Shown here piece after piece: positions 53,378 through 64,000 of a stretch of DNA of 64,000 nt (within the stretch, counting starts at the first letter, position 1; the number at the start of each line of letters is the position of its first letter). A program made the position numbers and the translations under genes. The notes beneath the pieces were generated by a model, which was given only the letters and a program-made list of their open reading frames with translations, was not told where the DNA came from and made no database searches. This stretch comes from an uncultured Gemmatimonadales bacterium. GTDB taxonomy: Bacteria; Gemmatimonadota; Gemmatimonadetes; Palauibacterales; Palauibacteraceae. The stretch spans positions 224,001 to 288,000 of the forward strand of contig CAWANJ010000003.1 of assembly GCA_963783385.1 (NCBI GenBank), in the 5' to 3' direction.

Positions 53378-55848
53378 TCCTCCCGGAGCACGGTCATCGG
53401 ATCGACGCGGGTGGCGCGCAGGGCGGGGAGCCAGGAGGCGAGGACGGTCGCCGCGAGGACGAGCGCGGCCACGCCGGCGTACACGGGCGCGCTCACCGGC
53501 TTCACCTCGAACAGGAGGCTGCCGAGAGAGCGGGCCGCGAGCACCGCCGCGGCCAGTCCCACGGCGAGGCGAGGCCCGCGAGCCTGCGAGGCCGTCGCCG
53601 ATGACCATGGCGCGGACGCGCCGCGCCTCCGGCGCCAAGCGCGAGCCGGATGCCGAGCTCCGGACGCCGCCGTGCCACCGCGTAGGCGAGCACGCTCTCG
53701 ACCCCCACGAGGGCCAGGAGCACGGCCAGGGAAGCGAACAGGCCGAGGAGGACGGTCACGAACCGCTGCTCGGCGAGCAGGCCGGCGAGCGCCGTGGACA
53801 TGGGCTCCATTCCGTACACGGCCAGGTTCGGGTCCAGGTCGTGAACGATCGCGCGGATCGGAGCCTCGAGCGAGGCCGGGTCGACCGATGGTGCGCACCA
53901 GCAGGCCGGCCCGCTCTCGGTGTCTGGTCCAGCGGCGACGTAGACCGCCGGCGGGGTGGACTGCCCAGGCCCTCGAACTTGACGTCACCCACGACCCCAC
54001 GATCCGGCGGTTCACGCCGTAGAATCGGATCTGCTGCGCCGATCGGGTCCCGCGTGGGAAGAAGCGCCGCACGGCGGCGCCTGGTTGACGAGGGCCACGG
54101 GCTCGGCGTCGGCGTCGTCGGGACGAAGGATCCCCCGGCCGTTCAGGAGCGGAATACGCGCCGTGGCCAGATAGTCGGGCTCACCTGGCCGCACGCGGAT
54201 CTCGGGCTGACTGGGCGGCTTCCTCTTCGCGTCCGACGATCACGAAGGAGTTGGTGTAGCCGGCGTCCAGGGGGTCGGAGCCCGAAACGGCGGCCGACGT
54301 CACGCCCGGGAGCGCCTCGACCCGTCGCAGCAGCTCGCGGTTGAATCCCGGGACCTCCGTCCAGTTCGGGTAGTTCGGGTAGTCCTGCGGATACCGGCTC
54401 GCGGGGAGCGCGTAGCGGGCCTTGAGCGTCCCGTGGACGTCGAAGCCGGGGTCCACGTGGCGGAGGTGCTGGAAGCTCTCGACCAGGACCGACGCGCTCA
54501 CCAGCACCACGACCGCCAGGGCCACCTCTCCCGTGACGAGGACGGAGCGCAGCCACCGACGTGTCCCCGAGGCCGAGCTTCCGCGACTGGACTCGGAGCG
54601 CAGCGCGCTCGTCAGGTCCACCCGGCGTGCCTGGAGCGTGGGGAGGAGGGAGAAGGCCACGGCGACGAGGCCGGCGATCAGCGTGGTGACCAGGAGCACG
54701 CGGCCGTCGACCGCCACCTGGTCCAGCCGCGGTATCCCGGCCGGCGCCAGGGCGAGGAGGAGGCGTAGCCCGCCCATCGCCAGCGCCACGCCCAGGGCGG
54801 CGGCCGCCGCGGTCAGCACCAGGCTCTCGGCCAGGAACTGCCCGGCCAGGCGCCGCGCCCCCGCTCCCAGCGCGCTCCGCACGGCCACCTCGCGGGCCCG
54901 CCCCGTGCCGCGGGCCAGGAGCAGGTTGGCGACGTTCGCGCAGGCCACCAGGAGGACGAGCGCCACCACGGCGAGGAGGAGGCGGAGCGCCGGCCGGGCC
55001 GGGCCGAACACCACGTCGTCGAAGCGCTCCAGGTGGACACCGCGGCCCGCGTTCTCCCGGTACTGCGCCTCCAGGCGTGAGGCGATCCCCGACAGCTCGT
55101 GACGGGCACCGTCCAGCGTGGCGCCGGGCGCCAGGCGGCCCAGGAAGAAGACCGGGTGGGTGGAGCGGGGCAGCATCTTGGCGCTCGCCTGGAGCGGGAC
55201 CCACACGTCCACGTGTCCGCGTCCCTCGAACGGGGCGTGGTAGGCGGCCCGGGCGTTGATCTGGTCAATGCCCAGGTCGGTGCCCGAGGGCACCACTCCG
55301 ATCACCGTGTAGGGCCGACCGTCCAGCCGGAAGGTGTGGCCGATCACGTTCGGGTCGCCCCCGAAGCGGGTCTTCCAGAACCGCTCCCCCAGCAGCGCCA
55401 CGCGCGCGCCTCCGGGTACGTCCTCCTCGGCCCCGTACAGGTGGCCCACCACGGGCCGGACGCCCAGGAGCGGCAGGAGCTGGTGGGTGCCCAGCACGAC
55501 CGCCACGCGGTCGGGGTCCCGGTCCGGCGCGGTCATCGTCTGCTGGAGGGCGACGAACCCGGCGAGCTTCCGGAAGCTGCGGCTCCGGGCCTGGTAGTCC
55601 TCGAGGTCCGGCCACGAGCCCGGCTCGCGGGTGGTGCCGCTGTTCCGGTCCGTCTCCCATACGACCACCAGCCGATCGGCCGACGGGAAGGGCGACGGCC
55701 GCAGGAGCACGCCGTCCACCACGCTGAAGATGGCCGTGCTGGCTCCGATTCCCAGTGCCAGCGTGAGGATGGCGACGGAGGCGAAGCCGGGGCTCCTGCG
55801 GAGCCGGCGGAGGGCGTGGAGGAGATCCTGCCGAATGCGTTCGATCAT
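53374..55848 (-). CDS. ADOP permease (array member f), several apparent frameshifts in the C-terminal half
   Basis: [29 protein letters not shown]; downstream fragments ending RATRVDPMTVLREE. Confidence 0.83.
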
Positions 55849-55868
55849 CGCTTCATCCCCTCCGTTCG

Positions 55869-58313
55869 TCACTCGGCCCGCAGCGTAGCGGCCGGATCGA
55901 TCCGGCCGGCGCGTCTGGCCGGCAGCCAGCTGGCCGCGAGGACGGACGCGGCCAGGATCAGCGCCCCCGCCACGTAGGCGGCCGGATCGGTCGAGGTGAC
56001 GCCGTACAGCAGGTTGGACAGGAGCCGCGTCAGGGCGAGTGAGGTCACGATCCCGACCCCGATCCCGATCCCGGCCAGCACGGCCCCGCGGCCCACCACC
56101 AGGCGCATCACGTCGCCCGGCCGCGCGCCGAAGGCGATGCGGACGCCGAGCTCCCGGCCCCGCTGCGCGACCAGGAAGGAGACGACCGCGTACATTCCGC
56201 TCACCGCCAGCACGAGCGCGGTCACCCCGAACACCCCCAGGAGGAGGAAGGCGAACCGCCGGTCCGCCGTGCCGCTGCCCACCACCTGGGCCATCGTGCG
56301 GAAGGTGGGGGGCACCTGCGGGTCCACCTCTCGCAGCGCCTCCCGGGCGGCCGGGATCAGCGCGCGGGGATCCGTCCGCGTGTGGAGCGCGACGTGGAAC
56401 AGCCCCGCCCTCGCCGGCCTCTGTCGGTTGAGCGCGTACAGGATCGGCTGCGGCTGCCGGTCCATGGACTGCTCCCGGACGTCGCCCACCACGCCCACCA
56501 CCCGGAAGGGGCGCAGGTCGCCGTCCATGTTGCCGAACTGGATGAGCTTCCCGATCGGGTCCGCGTTCGGCCACCGCCGGGCGGCGAACGAGGCGCTCAC
56601 CACCGCGCTCGTCACGTCGGCGTCCGGAGCGTCCTGCCCCGAGAAGACGCGGCCCCGGCCGAGCGGGATCCCCATGGCTTCGAAGTAGCCGCGGCTGGCC
56701 ACGCAGAAGAGCGCGGTCCCCGAGCGCCCTGGGAGCCGGGCCAGCTTCTGGAGCCCCCGGGGCGTCGTGGCCTCGTCGGGGCGGGCCATCTCCAGGTAGG
56801 TGCCGTCGGCGCAGCCATCCTGGAGCGGGAGCCCGCTGATCCCGCCCGCCGCCTGGACGCCGGGGAGGGTCCTCAGCCGGGCGAGGAGCCGGTCCTCGAA
56901 GTCACGGACGCTGGCGGGGTCCTCCGGATGGACGGCGGCGACGTTCATGACGAGGACGTGGTCGGTCCGGAAACCGGTCGGCACCGACAGGAGGTGGAGG
57001 AGGCTCCGCGCCATGAGGGCGGCGCCCGCCAGGAGCACCAGCGTGAGCGCCGTCTGTCCGACCAGGAGCCCGTCCCGCACCAGCCGACCGGCCCCGGCGC
57101 CCGTCACGGTCCGCTGCCCGGCGGCCAGCGCGCCCCGCACGTCGGACCGGCAGCCCAGCGCCTCGACCAGCGCCAGCCCCAGGCCGGTGGCCAGCGACAC
57201 GGCCAGCGCGAACGCCAGGACCCTCCCGTCGACGGAGATCCCGCCCAACCGCGGCAGGTAGTCGGGGCTCAGCGCGAGGAGGGCCCGCGTGCCCGCCAGC
57301 GCCAGGAGCACGCCGACAGCGCCCGATGCCAGCCCCAGCACCGTCGACTCGGCCAGGAGCTGTCCCAGGATCCGTCCCAGGCCCGCCCCCAGCGCCCTCC
57401 GCACGGCGATCTCCCGCCGGCGGGCGGTCATCCGGGTCAGGAGGAGGTTGCCGACGTTGGAGACAGCGATGAGGAGGAGGAACGCCGCGGCGCCGAGGAG
57501 GACGAGGAGGGGCGTGCGTACGGCGCCGACCAGCGCCTGCCGAAGCGGCACCGCCGACAGGCCCACCAGGTCGACCTCCCCCCGGTTGGCCCGCACGATC
57601 CGGTGTGCGATCGCGTCCAGCTCGGCCCGGGCCTGGCCCCAGGTCACGCCGTCCGCGAGCCTCCCCACGACGCGCCAGTTGTGGGCGGTGCGGCTGGTCC
57701 CGTGCGCTTCCAGCCCGGCGGGGGTCCACAGCTCGGTCCCGGCCGGGTAGTCGAAGCCGCGGGGCATGACGCCGACCACCGAGTACAGCCGGCCGCCGGA
57801 GGAGAGCGTCCTCCCGTCGATCGGGCCGCCCGCCAGGGTGTGCTGCCAGAAGCTCCAGCTCACGACCACGGCCGGCGGGCCCCCCTCGCGCTCCTCCCCG
57901 GGGAGGAAGGTGCGCCCGCGGACGGGGTCCACGCCCATCACGCGGAAGAAGTCGCCCGAGATCATGTCGGCGGTGGCTCGGACGGGCTCGGTGCCGCCGG
58001 TCACGGAGACGGGGAAGGGGCCGGTCCTCTCCGCTAGCGCCTGGAAGCTCCGGCTCTGAGCCCGCAGGTCCAGGAAGTTCGGGTCGGCCAGGGCCATGCC
58101 GTGCCCGTCCCTGGCGGTCTCCTGCACCCAGGCGATGCGGTCCGGCCGGGGATAGGGCAGGGGGCGAAGGAGCACGCCGTCCACCACCGTGAAGATGGCG
58201 CTCGCGGCTCCGATCCCGAGGCCGAGGATGCCGATGGCCGAGAGGGCGAAGCCGGGACCGCGTCGCAGGCGGCGGATGGCGAGGCGAAGGTCCCGGTGGA
58301 TGGCTTCCAGCAT
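55869..58313 (-). CDS. ADOP permease (array member g, 814 aa, intact)
   Basis: MLEAIHRDLRLAIRRL, IAVSNVGNLLL, GMYAVVSF...RELGVRIAFGA, RRAGRIDP. Confidence 0.92.
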   Translation of the reverse strand: MLEAIHRDLRLAIRRLRRGPGFALSAIGILGLGIGAASAIFTVVDGVLLRPLPYPRPDRIAWVQETARDGHGMALADPNFLDLRAQSRSFQALAERTGPFPVSVTGGTEPVRATADMISGDFFRVMGVDPVRGRTFLPGEEREGGPPAVVVSWSFWQHTLAGGPIDGRTLSSGGRLYSVVGVMPRGFDYPAGTELWTPAGLEAHGTSRTAHNWRVVGRLADGVTWGQARAELDAIAHRIVRANRGEVDLVGLSAVPLRQALVGAVRTPLLVLLGAAAFLLLIAVSNVGNLLLTRMTARRREIAVRRALGAGLGRILGQLLAESTVLGLASGAVGVLLALAGTRALLALSPDYLPRLGGISVDGRVLAFALAVSLATGLGLALVEALGCRSDVRGALAAGQRTVTGAGAGRLVRDGLLVGQTALTLVLLAGAALMARSLLHLLSVPTGFRTDHVLVMNVAAVHPEDPASVRDFEDRLLARLRTLPGVQAAGGISGLPLQDGCADGTYLEMARPDEATTPRGLQKLARLPGRSGTALFCVASRGYFEAMGIPLGRGRVFSGQDAPDADVTSAVVSASFAARRWPNADPIGKLIQFGNMDGDLRPFRVVGVVGDVREQSMDRQPQPILYALNRQRPARAGLFHVALHTRTDPRALIPAAREALREVDPQVPPTFRTMAQVVGSGTADRRFAFLLLGVFGVTALVLAVSGMYAVVSFLVAQRGRELGVRIAFGARPGDVMRLVVGRGAVLAGIGIGVGIVTSLALTRLLSNLLYGVTSTDPAAYVAGALILAASVLAASWLPARRAGRIDPAATLRAE

Positions 58314-58316
58314 GCT

Positions 58317-60724
58317 CTAGTCCTCCCGAATGGCGACGAGGGGGTCGACGCGAGCGGCGCGCCGGGCGGGCAGCGCGCTGGCGGCTGCGGCGACCAGCAC
58401 GAGGACGAGGGACGAGCCGGCGAACACCCACGGGTCCAGCCGGCCGACGCCGAACAGGAGGGACTGCAGGATCCCGCCGGCGGCGGCCGCCGCGACAAGC
58501 CCGCGGCCGCTCCGCCCGCGACCAGGGCCAGGCTGCGGCCGACCACCAGCCGGATCACGGCGGCGGGGCCGGCGCCCAGCGCCACGCGGATCCCGATCTC
58601 CCGCACCCGCCGGCTCACCGTGTAGGCCACCACGCCGTAGATCCCGACGGCCGCGAGCAGTAGCGCCAGGGCCGCGAAGATCCCCAGAAGCGCCATCGAG
58701 AAGCGCCGCCCGGCCGTCGCGGAGGCGAGGAGGCTCTCCATGGAGGCCACGTCCTCGATCGGCTGGTCGGGGCGCAACGCCCAGATCGCCTTCCGGATGG
58801 GGCCGAGCACCGAGGCGTCGTCGTCGGTGCGAACGACCAGGGTCATGCCCCGACGGCTGCGCTGGTCGAACGGGACGTACAGGGCCGGCCCGGGGTCCTC
58901 CTCGAGGCTCGTCTGCCTGACGTCGTCCACCACTCCGACGATCTCGGCCGAGACCTTTCCGACGCGGATCTGCTGACCGACGGGAAGCTCGTCCCCCCAG
59001 TATTTCCGGGCTGCGCTCCGGGAGAGGATGACCACCGGCGGCACGTCGGGCGCATCCGCTCTGGTCGAAGTCCCGCCCGTCGAGGAGCGGGATCCCCATG
59101 GTGCGGAAGTAGCCGGGGCTCACCATGCGGAGATTCGCCTGCGGCTCCTGGCCTTCCGGTGCGGGCGGACGCCCGGGGATCGAGAACGTCAGGGTCTCGC
59201 CTCCGAACGTGTTCGGACCCAGGGGAAGGGGCCGGACCATGGCCGCGGACCGCACGCCGGGCACGTCGCGCACGTCCCGCAGCGCCTGCTGGAGGAACTC
59301 CCTGTAGTCGTCGCCGTCCGCGTGGACCCCGAGCGTGAGGAGCCCACGGGCCCGAAAGCCCGGGTCCACGGAGCGGACGGCGGCGTAGCTCCGCACCAGG
59401 AGGCCGGCTCCCACCGCGAGCAAGGCCACGAGCGCGACCTCCCCGAACAGGAGGGCGCCCCGTAGCCGGCTGGACCGCGGACCCGTCGACCCTCCGCGGC
59501 CGCCTTCGGCCAGGGCGGCCGCGGGGTCGGCCCGGGAGGCGCGGAGCGCGGGGAGGAGTCCCGACAGGAGCGCGGTCGCCGCCGAGACGGCGGCCGCGAA
59601 GGCCAGCACCCGCCAGTCCAGCGTCACCTGGCCAAGGCGGGGGATGCCGGCGGGGGCGAGGGCGACGATGGCGCGCGTGCCCCATGCCCCGAGCGCGAGT
59701 CCGACTCCGCCTCCCGCCACGGACAGCACGGCGCTCTCGGTGAGGAGCTGGCGCACCACCGCGGCCCGTGAGGCCCCGAGGGCGGCACGAACGCCGAGCT
59801 CGCGCCCGCGGTCCTCCGAGCGTGCCAGGGCCAGTCCCGCCACGTTCACGCAGCCGATGAGGAGGACGAGCGCCACGGCGCCGAAGATGGCCAGCATGGC
59901 CGGCCGCACGCCCCCGACGATCTGGTCGCGGAGCGGTTGCACCGAGACCGCCGTGAGGTCCCGGTCCGCGTCCGGATAGGCCCGGGCCAGGCGGCCGGCG
60001 ATCGCGTCCATTTCCTGCCGCGCCGAGGCCGGCGTGGCGTCCGGGGCCAGGCGGCCGACCACGCTCAGGAAGCGCACCTGCCTCAGCCGCGGGATGCCGG
60101 ACTCCGGGATCACGGAGAGGGGGACCCAGGCGTCGATTCCGGAGCTCGGGTACGAGAAGCCGCGGGGCATGACTCCGGCCACCCGCCACGCCTGGCCGCT
60201 CAGGGTCACCGTTCGACCGACGAGGCACCCGCGTCGCCCCCGTACAGGCCGTTGCCAGGCCCCGAAGCCAAGCACGATCACGTGATTCGTCTCCGCTGCG
60301 CTCGTGGTCCGCGGGCCGGAGCGCGCGTCCGCGGGCCGCGGGCACACCGAGCGTCTCGAAGAAGCCCGGCGTCACGTACTCGGTCTCGAGCTCGGAGGGC
60401 GTCCCGTCGCGCGTCGTGACCAGCCCGGCGATGTGGATGGCGGGCCAGGCTCCGATCGACTCCACCGTGCGACTCTGGGCGCGCCAATCCTCGAGGTCGG
60501 GCTCCGATGCCGATCCCACGGGTGATCGTTCTGGGCCGGGTAGGCGCTCCACAGGCGCACCAGCCGGCCGGCGTCGCGTAGGGGAGGGGCCGGAGGAGGA
60601 CCGCGTCCACGACCGAGAACATTGCCGTGTTGGCCCCGATCCCGAGCGCCAGCGTGGCCACCACGATGGCGGCGTAGCCGGGGTGCCGGCGGATCTGGCG
60701 GAGGGCGTAGCGGAGGTCATTCAT
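58317..60724 (-). CDS. ADOP permease (array member h), several apparent frameshifts
   Basis: [16 protein letters not shown] start; [13 protein letters not shown]; GIYGVVAY...[11 protein letters not shown]; ends [15 protein letters not shown]. Confidence 0.85.
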
Positions 60725-62363
60725 GGCGGAGCGCCTCCATGGGGTCGAGCCGGACCGCCCGGCGGGCCGGGATCCAGGTGGCGAGGGCGGCGGCGGCCGC
60801 CAGCACGAGAGCGGCGGCGGCGAGGCTGAGCGGATCGACCGGAGCCACGCCGAACAGGAGCCCCCGGACCAGCCGCGACAGGAGGACGGCGCCGGCCAGG
60901 CCGATCCCGATCCCGGCGCCGACCAGCCGCACGCTGGAGCGCGCGATCGGGACGGCGACGTCGCGGCGGCCGGCCCCGAGGGCGAGCCGCAGGCCGATCT
61001 CCCGGGTGCGGCTGGAGACGCCCTGGGCGATCACGCCGTACAGTCCGAGCGCGCCGAGCAGGAGCGCCACCGCCGCAAACACGCCCGCCAGGGCGAGGAG
61101 CACGCGCTGCCGCCCCAGGGAGGCGCTCACCACGCGATCCATCGTCACCACGCGAGCCAGCGGCAGGCGCGCGTCCACCGCGTGGACCGCCTGGCGCACG
61201 GGGCCCGCGAAGCCGGCGGGATGGCCCTTCGTCCGCACGGCCAGGGTCAGCGACCGCACCACGCTGCCCCCGTTCCAGAAGCGGAACTGGGCCTGTGACA
61301 GGTACATCTGGCTCGTGCGCGGCGCGGCCAGGCTCTCGTGGCGCACGTCGTCCGCCACGCCGACCATGGTGACCGTGCCGGGCCCCGCTCCGCCGCCGAG
61401 CACGAAGCGGGCGCCGAGGGGGTCCTGGCCGGGCCAGTAGCGCTCGGCCATGGTCCGGTCGATGACCACGGCGCCGGGCGCGTCGGCGACGTCCCGCCCG
61501 TCGAGCGCCCGGCCGCGCACCACGGTCATGCCCATGGCCGCGAAGTAGCCCGGGGTGACGACCTGCCAGTCCGCCTTCGGCGACACGGCCCCCTTCGGCA
61601 CGGGCCGCCCCTCGATGCGGAAGTTCAGGTCCCCGAGGCTCGAGCCCAGGGGGAGGTTGGACACGGCCCCCACCGCCTCGACGCCGGGAATCGCCGCCAC
61701 GCGGCGGCGCAGGGCCTCGAACGTGCCGATGACCCCCGGCTCGGTCGGATAGTCGGCCGGCGACAGCGTCAGCCGCCCGGTGAGCCGCAGGAAGTGGCTG
61801 CCGCGGTTCGTGACGTCCGCCGGATCCAGCGGCAGTGGAAGCACGGCTTCCGTGGCCTCGCCCACGCTCGGGTCGGACCCGAAGCGCTGCGCCCAGAGGC
61901 CGTGACTGATCAGCGCCACGTCGCGGTGCTCCTTCTGTTCGTCCGCGCCGTACGTCCGGCCCAGCTCGGGACGCACGCCCAGGGCCGGAAACAGGTCGGC
62001 CGTCGCGTACGCCACCCGTAGCCGGACCGGGCTCCCCGAGCCCACCAGGTTGGCGGCGTCGGTGGCGTACGCCCCCAGCGCGCTGAACGCACTTCCCACC
62101 GCGGCCCGGTAGTCCAGGTACTCGGCCGGCGAGACGTCCGCGCGCGGCGTGCCCTTCCAGGCGCTCGACACGGTCAGCACACGGTCCTGGCCGGGATAGG
62201 GCAGGGGCCGCAGCAGCGAGGCGTCAACCACGCTGAAGATGGCCGTGGTCGCTCCGATCCCCAGCGCCAGCGTGGCCACCACCAGGGCCGCGAAGCCGGG
62301 GCCGTGGCGGATCTGCCGAAGCGCGAAGCGCAGGTCCTGGCGAGCGCCGTCCAGCATAGTCAT
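60717..62363 (-). CDS. Short ADOP-derived permease (array member i, 548 aa) lacking the first FtsX block
   Basis: Open frame from [18 protein letters not shown] to [15 protein letters not shown]; no central ACxNxANLLLAR/TM segment. Confidence 0.8.
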   Translation of the reverse strand: MTMLDGARQDLRFALRQIRHGPGFAALVVATLALGIGATTAIFSVVDASLLRPLPYPGQDRVLTVSSAWKGTPRADVSPAEYLDYRAAVGSAFSALGAYATDAANLVGSGSPVRLRVAYATADLFPALGVRPELGRTYGADEQKEHRDVALISHGLWAQRFGSDPSVGEATEAVLPLPLDPADVTNRGSHFLRLTGRLTLSPADYPTEPGVIGTFEALRRRVAAIPGVEAVGAVSNLPLGSSLGDLNFRIEGRPVPKGAVSPKADWQVVTPGYFAAMGMTVVRGRALDGRDVADAPGAVVIDRTMAERYWPGQDPLGARFVLGGGAGPGTVTMVGVADDVRHESLAAPRTSQMYLSQAQFRFWNGGSVVRSLTLAVRTKGHPAGFAGPVRQAVHAVDARLPLARVVTMDRVVSASLGRQRVLLALAGVFAAVALLLGALGLYGVIAQGVSSRTREIGLRLALGAGRRDVAVPIARSSVRLVGAGIGIGLAGAVLLSRLVRGLLFGVAPVDPLSLAAAALVLAAAAALATWIPARRAVRLDPMEALRHE

Positions 62364-64000
62364 TCCTCCCGGAGCACGGTGGCCGGCTCGAGCCGGGCGG
62401 CCCGCCGGGCGGGGAGGGCACAGGCGAGCATGGCCACGAGCGCAAAGCCGAGACGCCACGACGACGTACGTCAGGGGATCGAGGGCCCCGACCCCGTACA
62501 GGAGGCTGCCGAGCGCCCGACTCGCGGCCACCGAGACGGCCAGCCCACCGGCGAGTCCGGCGCCCACCGGGAGGAGTCCCTGCCGGAGGACGAGCCCGAC
62601 CACCTGCCCGGCGTGCGCCCCCATGGCCATCCGGACCGCGACCTCGCGGTCCCGCTGGCGGACGTAGTAGGCCATGACGCCGTACAGGCCGATGGCCGCC
62701 AGTAGCGTGGCGAGGACCGCGAACGAGACGAGCACGGTCATGAGGAAGCGTGGCTCGGCCCGTGCACTGGAGACCACGTGGTCCAGGGAGGCGATGCGCG
62801 CGAGCGGGACGCGCGGATCCAGATCGTGCATCACGCCGCGCACCGGCCCCACGAGGGCGCCGGGGTCGCCGGAGGTCCGCACGAGTACGCTCAGGCTGCG
62901 CATGGGGCCGCGAAGCACCGTGCCGGACTGTGCCTCGGGGATGTACCAGGTCGGGTGGGCGGACCCGGTGAGCGTGTTGTAGCTAACGCTACCGACCACC
63001 CCGATCACGGTCATCCATGGGGCGTCGTCTCCGGCGTGGATGCGGATCCGGTGCCCGAGCGGGCTCTCGCCCGGCCAGAAGCGTTCCGCGAACGCCCGGT
63101 CGATCATGATGGCGCCGGGGGCCCGCGGATCGTCCGTGGCGCGGAAAGTCCGGCCGGAAACGACCGGGATCCCGGCCGCCCGGAAGTAGCCCGGCGTGGC
63201 CACCTGCCAGTCGGCCGTGAAGGAACGACCCCTGGGGGGCTGCCGCCCCTCGATGTCGAAGTTCCAGTCACCGATGGACCCGCTGAGCGGCAGGGCCCGC
63301 ACGGCGCCGGCGTCCTGCACGCCGGGAATGCGCCGCAGGCGCTCCAGGAGACGGGCGTAGAACCCGTTCACGTCGGCGTCGTCCGGGAACTCGGCCGAGG
63401 GGAGAGAGATGCTGTAGCTCAGGACGCCCGCCGAGCGCACCCCGGGGTCCACGGCCGTGAGGCCCCAGAAGCTCCGCACCAGGAGCCCGGCTCCCACGAG
63501 CAGGACCAGGGCGAGCATGGCCTGCAGGCCGACCAGCACGCGCCGGAAGCGCAGTCGGGGGCCCCTCCCCATGGCGCCTCGGCCGCCTTCCCGAAGCCGG
63601 CCGGCCAGCCCGTCCCGACCCAGGTGGAGGAGCGGCGCGAAGGCGAAGAACAGGGCGCAGCCGGCCGTGACGAGCGCGGTCACGGCGAGCACGGGAAGGT
63701 CGAGGCGCACGTCGCCCAGGCGTGGCACGCTGCCCCCTCCGAGCCCGGCGAGCAGCCGGAGGGCCGAGAGCGCCACGCCGATTCCGAGCGCCCCGCCTCC
63801 GACGGCCAGGAGGCCTCCTTCCACGAACAGCTGTCGGGCCAGCGCCGCGCGTCCGGCTCCGAGGGCCGAGCGCACCGCGAACTCACGGCGGCGGGCCTCG
63901 AGGCGGGCGAGCAGGAGATTGGCGATGTTCACGCACGCGATGAGGAGGACGAAGCCCACCGCGCCGAGGAGCACCCACAGCGCCGCCCTCACGGACCCGA
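62360..64000 (-). CDS. ADOP permease (array member j), 5' end outside the window; frameshift near 62450
   Basis: [30 protein letters not shown]; true C-terminus [15 protein letters not shown] lies in another frame. Confidence 0.85.

Noticed and set aside
60717-63992. Apparent 1091-aa fused permease
   Set aside because: A frameshift near 62450 bypasses the normal ...PATVLREE* end of member j and runs into member i, which has its own standard junction and start.

Overview
High-GC window (roughly 70%+, estimated by eye). Gene content suggests Gemmatimonadota or an Acidobacteria-like lineage (inference). Many single-base indels split otherwise intact genes, which most likely reflects long-read assembly error. 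The left half (1-34 kb) holds the 5' end of dnaE, typA, a stand-alone tRNA-Ile(GAT), an amidase, menH, a DUF3127 protein, a creatininase/ketopantoate-reductase/SDR/M20 catabolic operon, two ECF sigma modules (one with HEAT-repeat proteins, one with Met/His-rich periplasmic proteins), a sigma54 two-component system with YHYH and lactonase genes, a BNR-propeller + MoaD/ThiS pair, a CoA ligase/crotonase pair, TonB and an M28 peptidase. The right half (34.4-64 kb) is the most unusual part. A PadR + ADOP permease unit converges on a translationally coupled tandem array of at least 10 divergent MacB/FtsX-type (ADOP) permeases. The array ends in one ABC ATPase with a non-canonical D-loop and a sigma54 response regulator/histidine kinase pair. 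Its gene junctions are stereotyped (one pair 59/61 nt identical), and one member is shortened by two in-frame internal deletions. No CRISPR array, rRNA or mobile element was seen.
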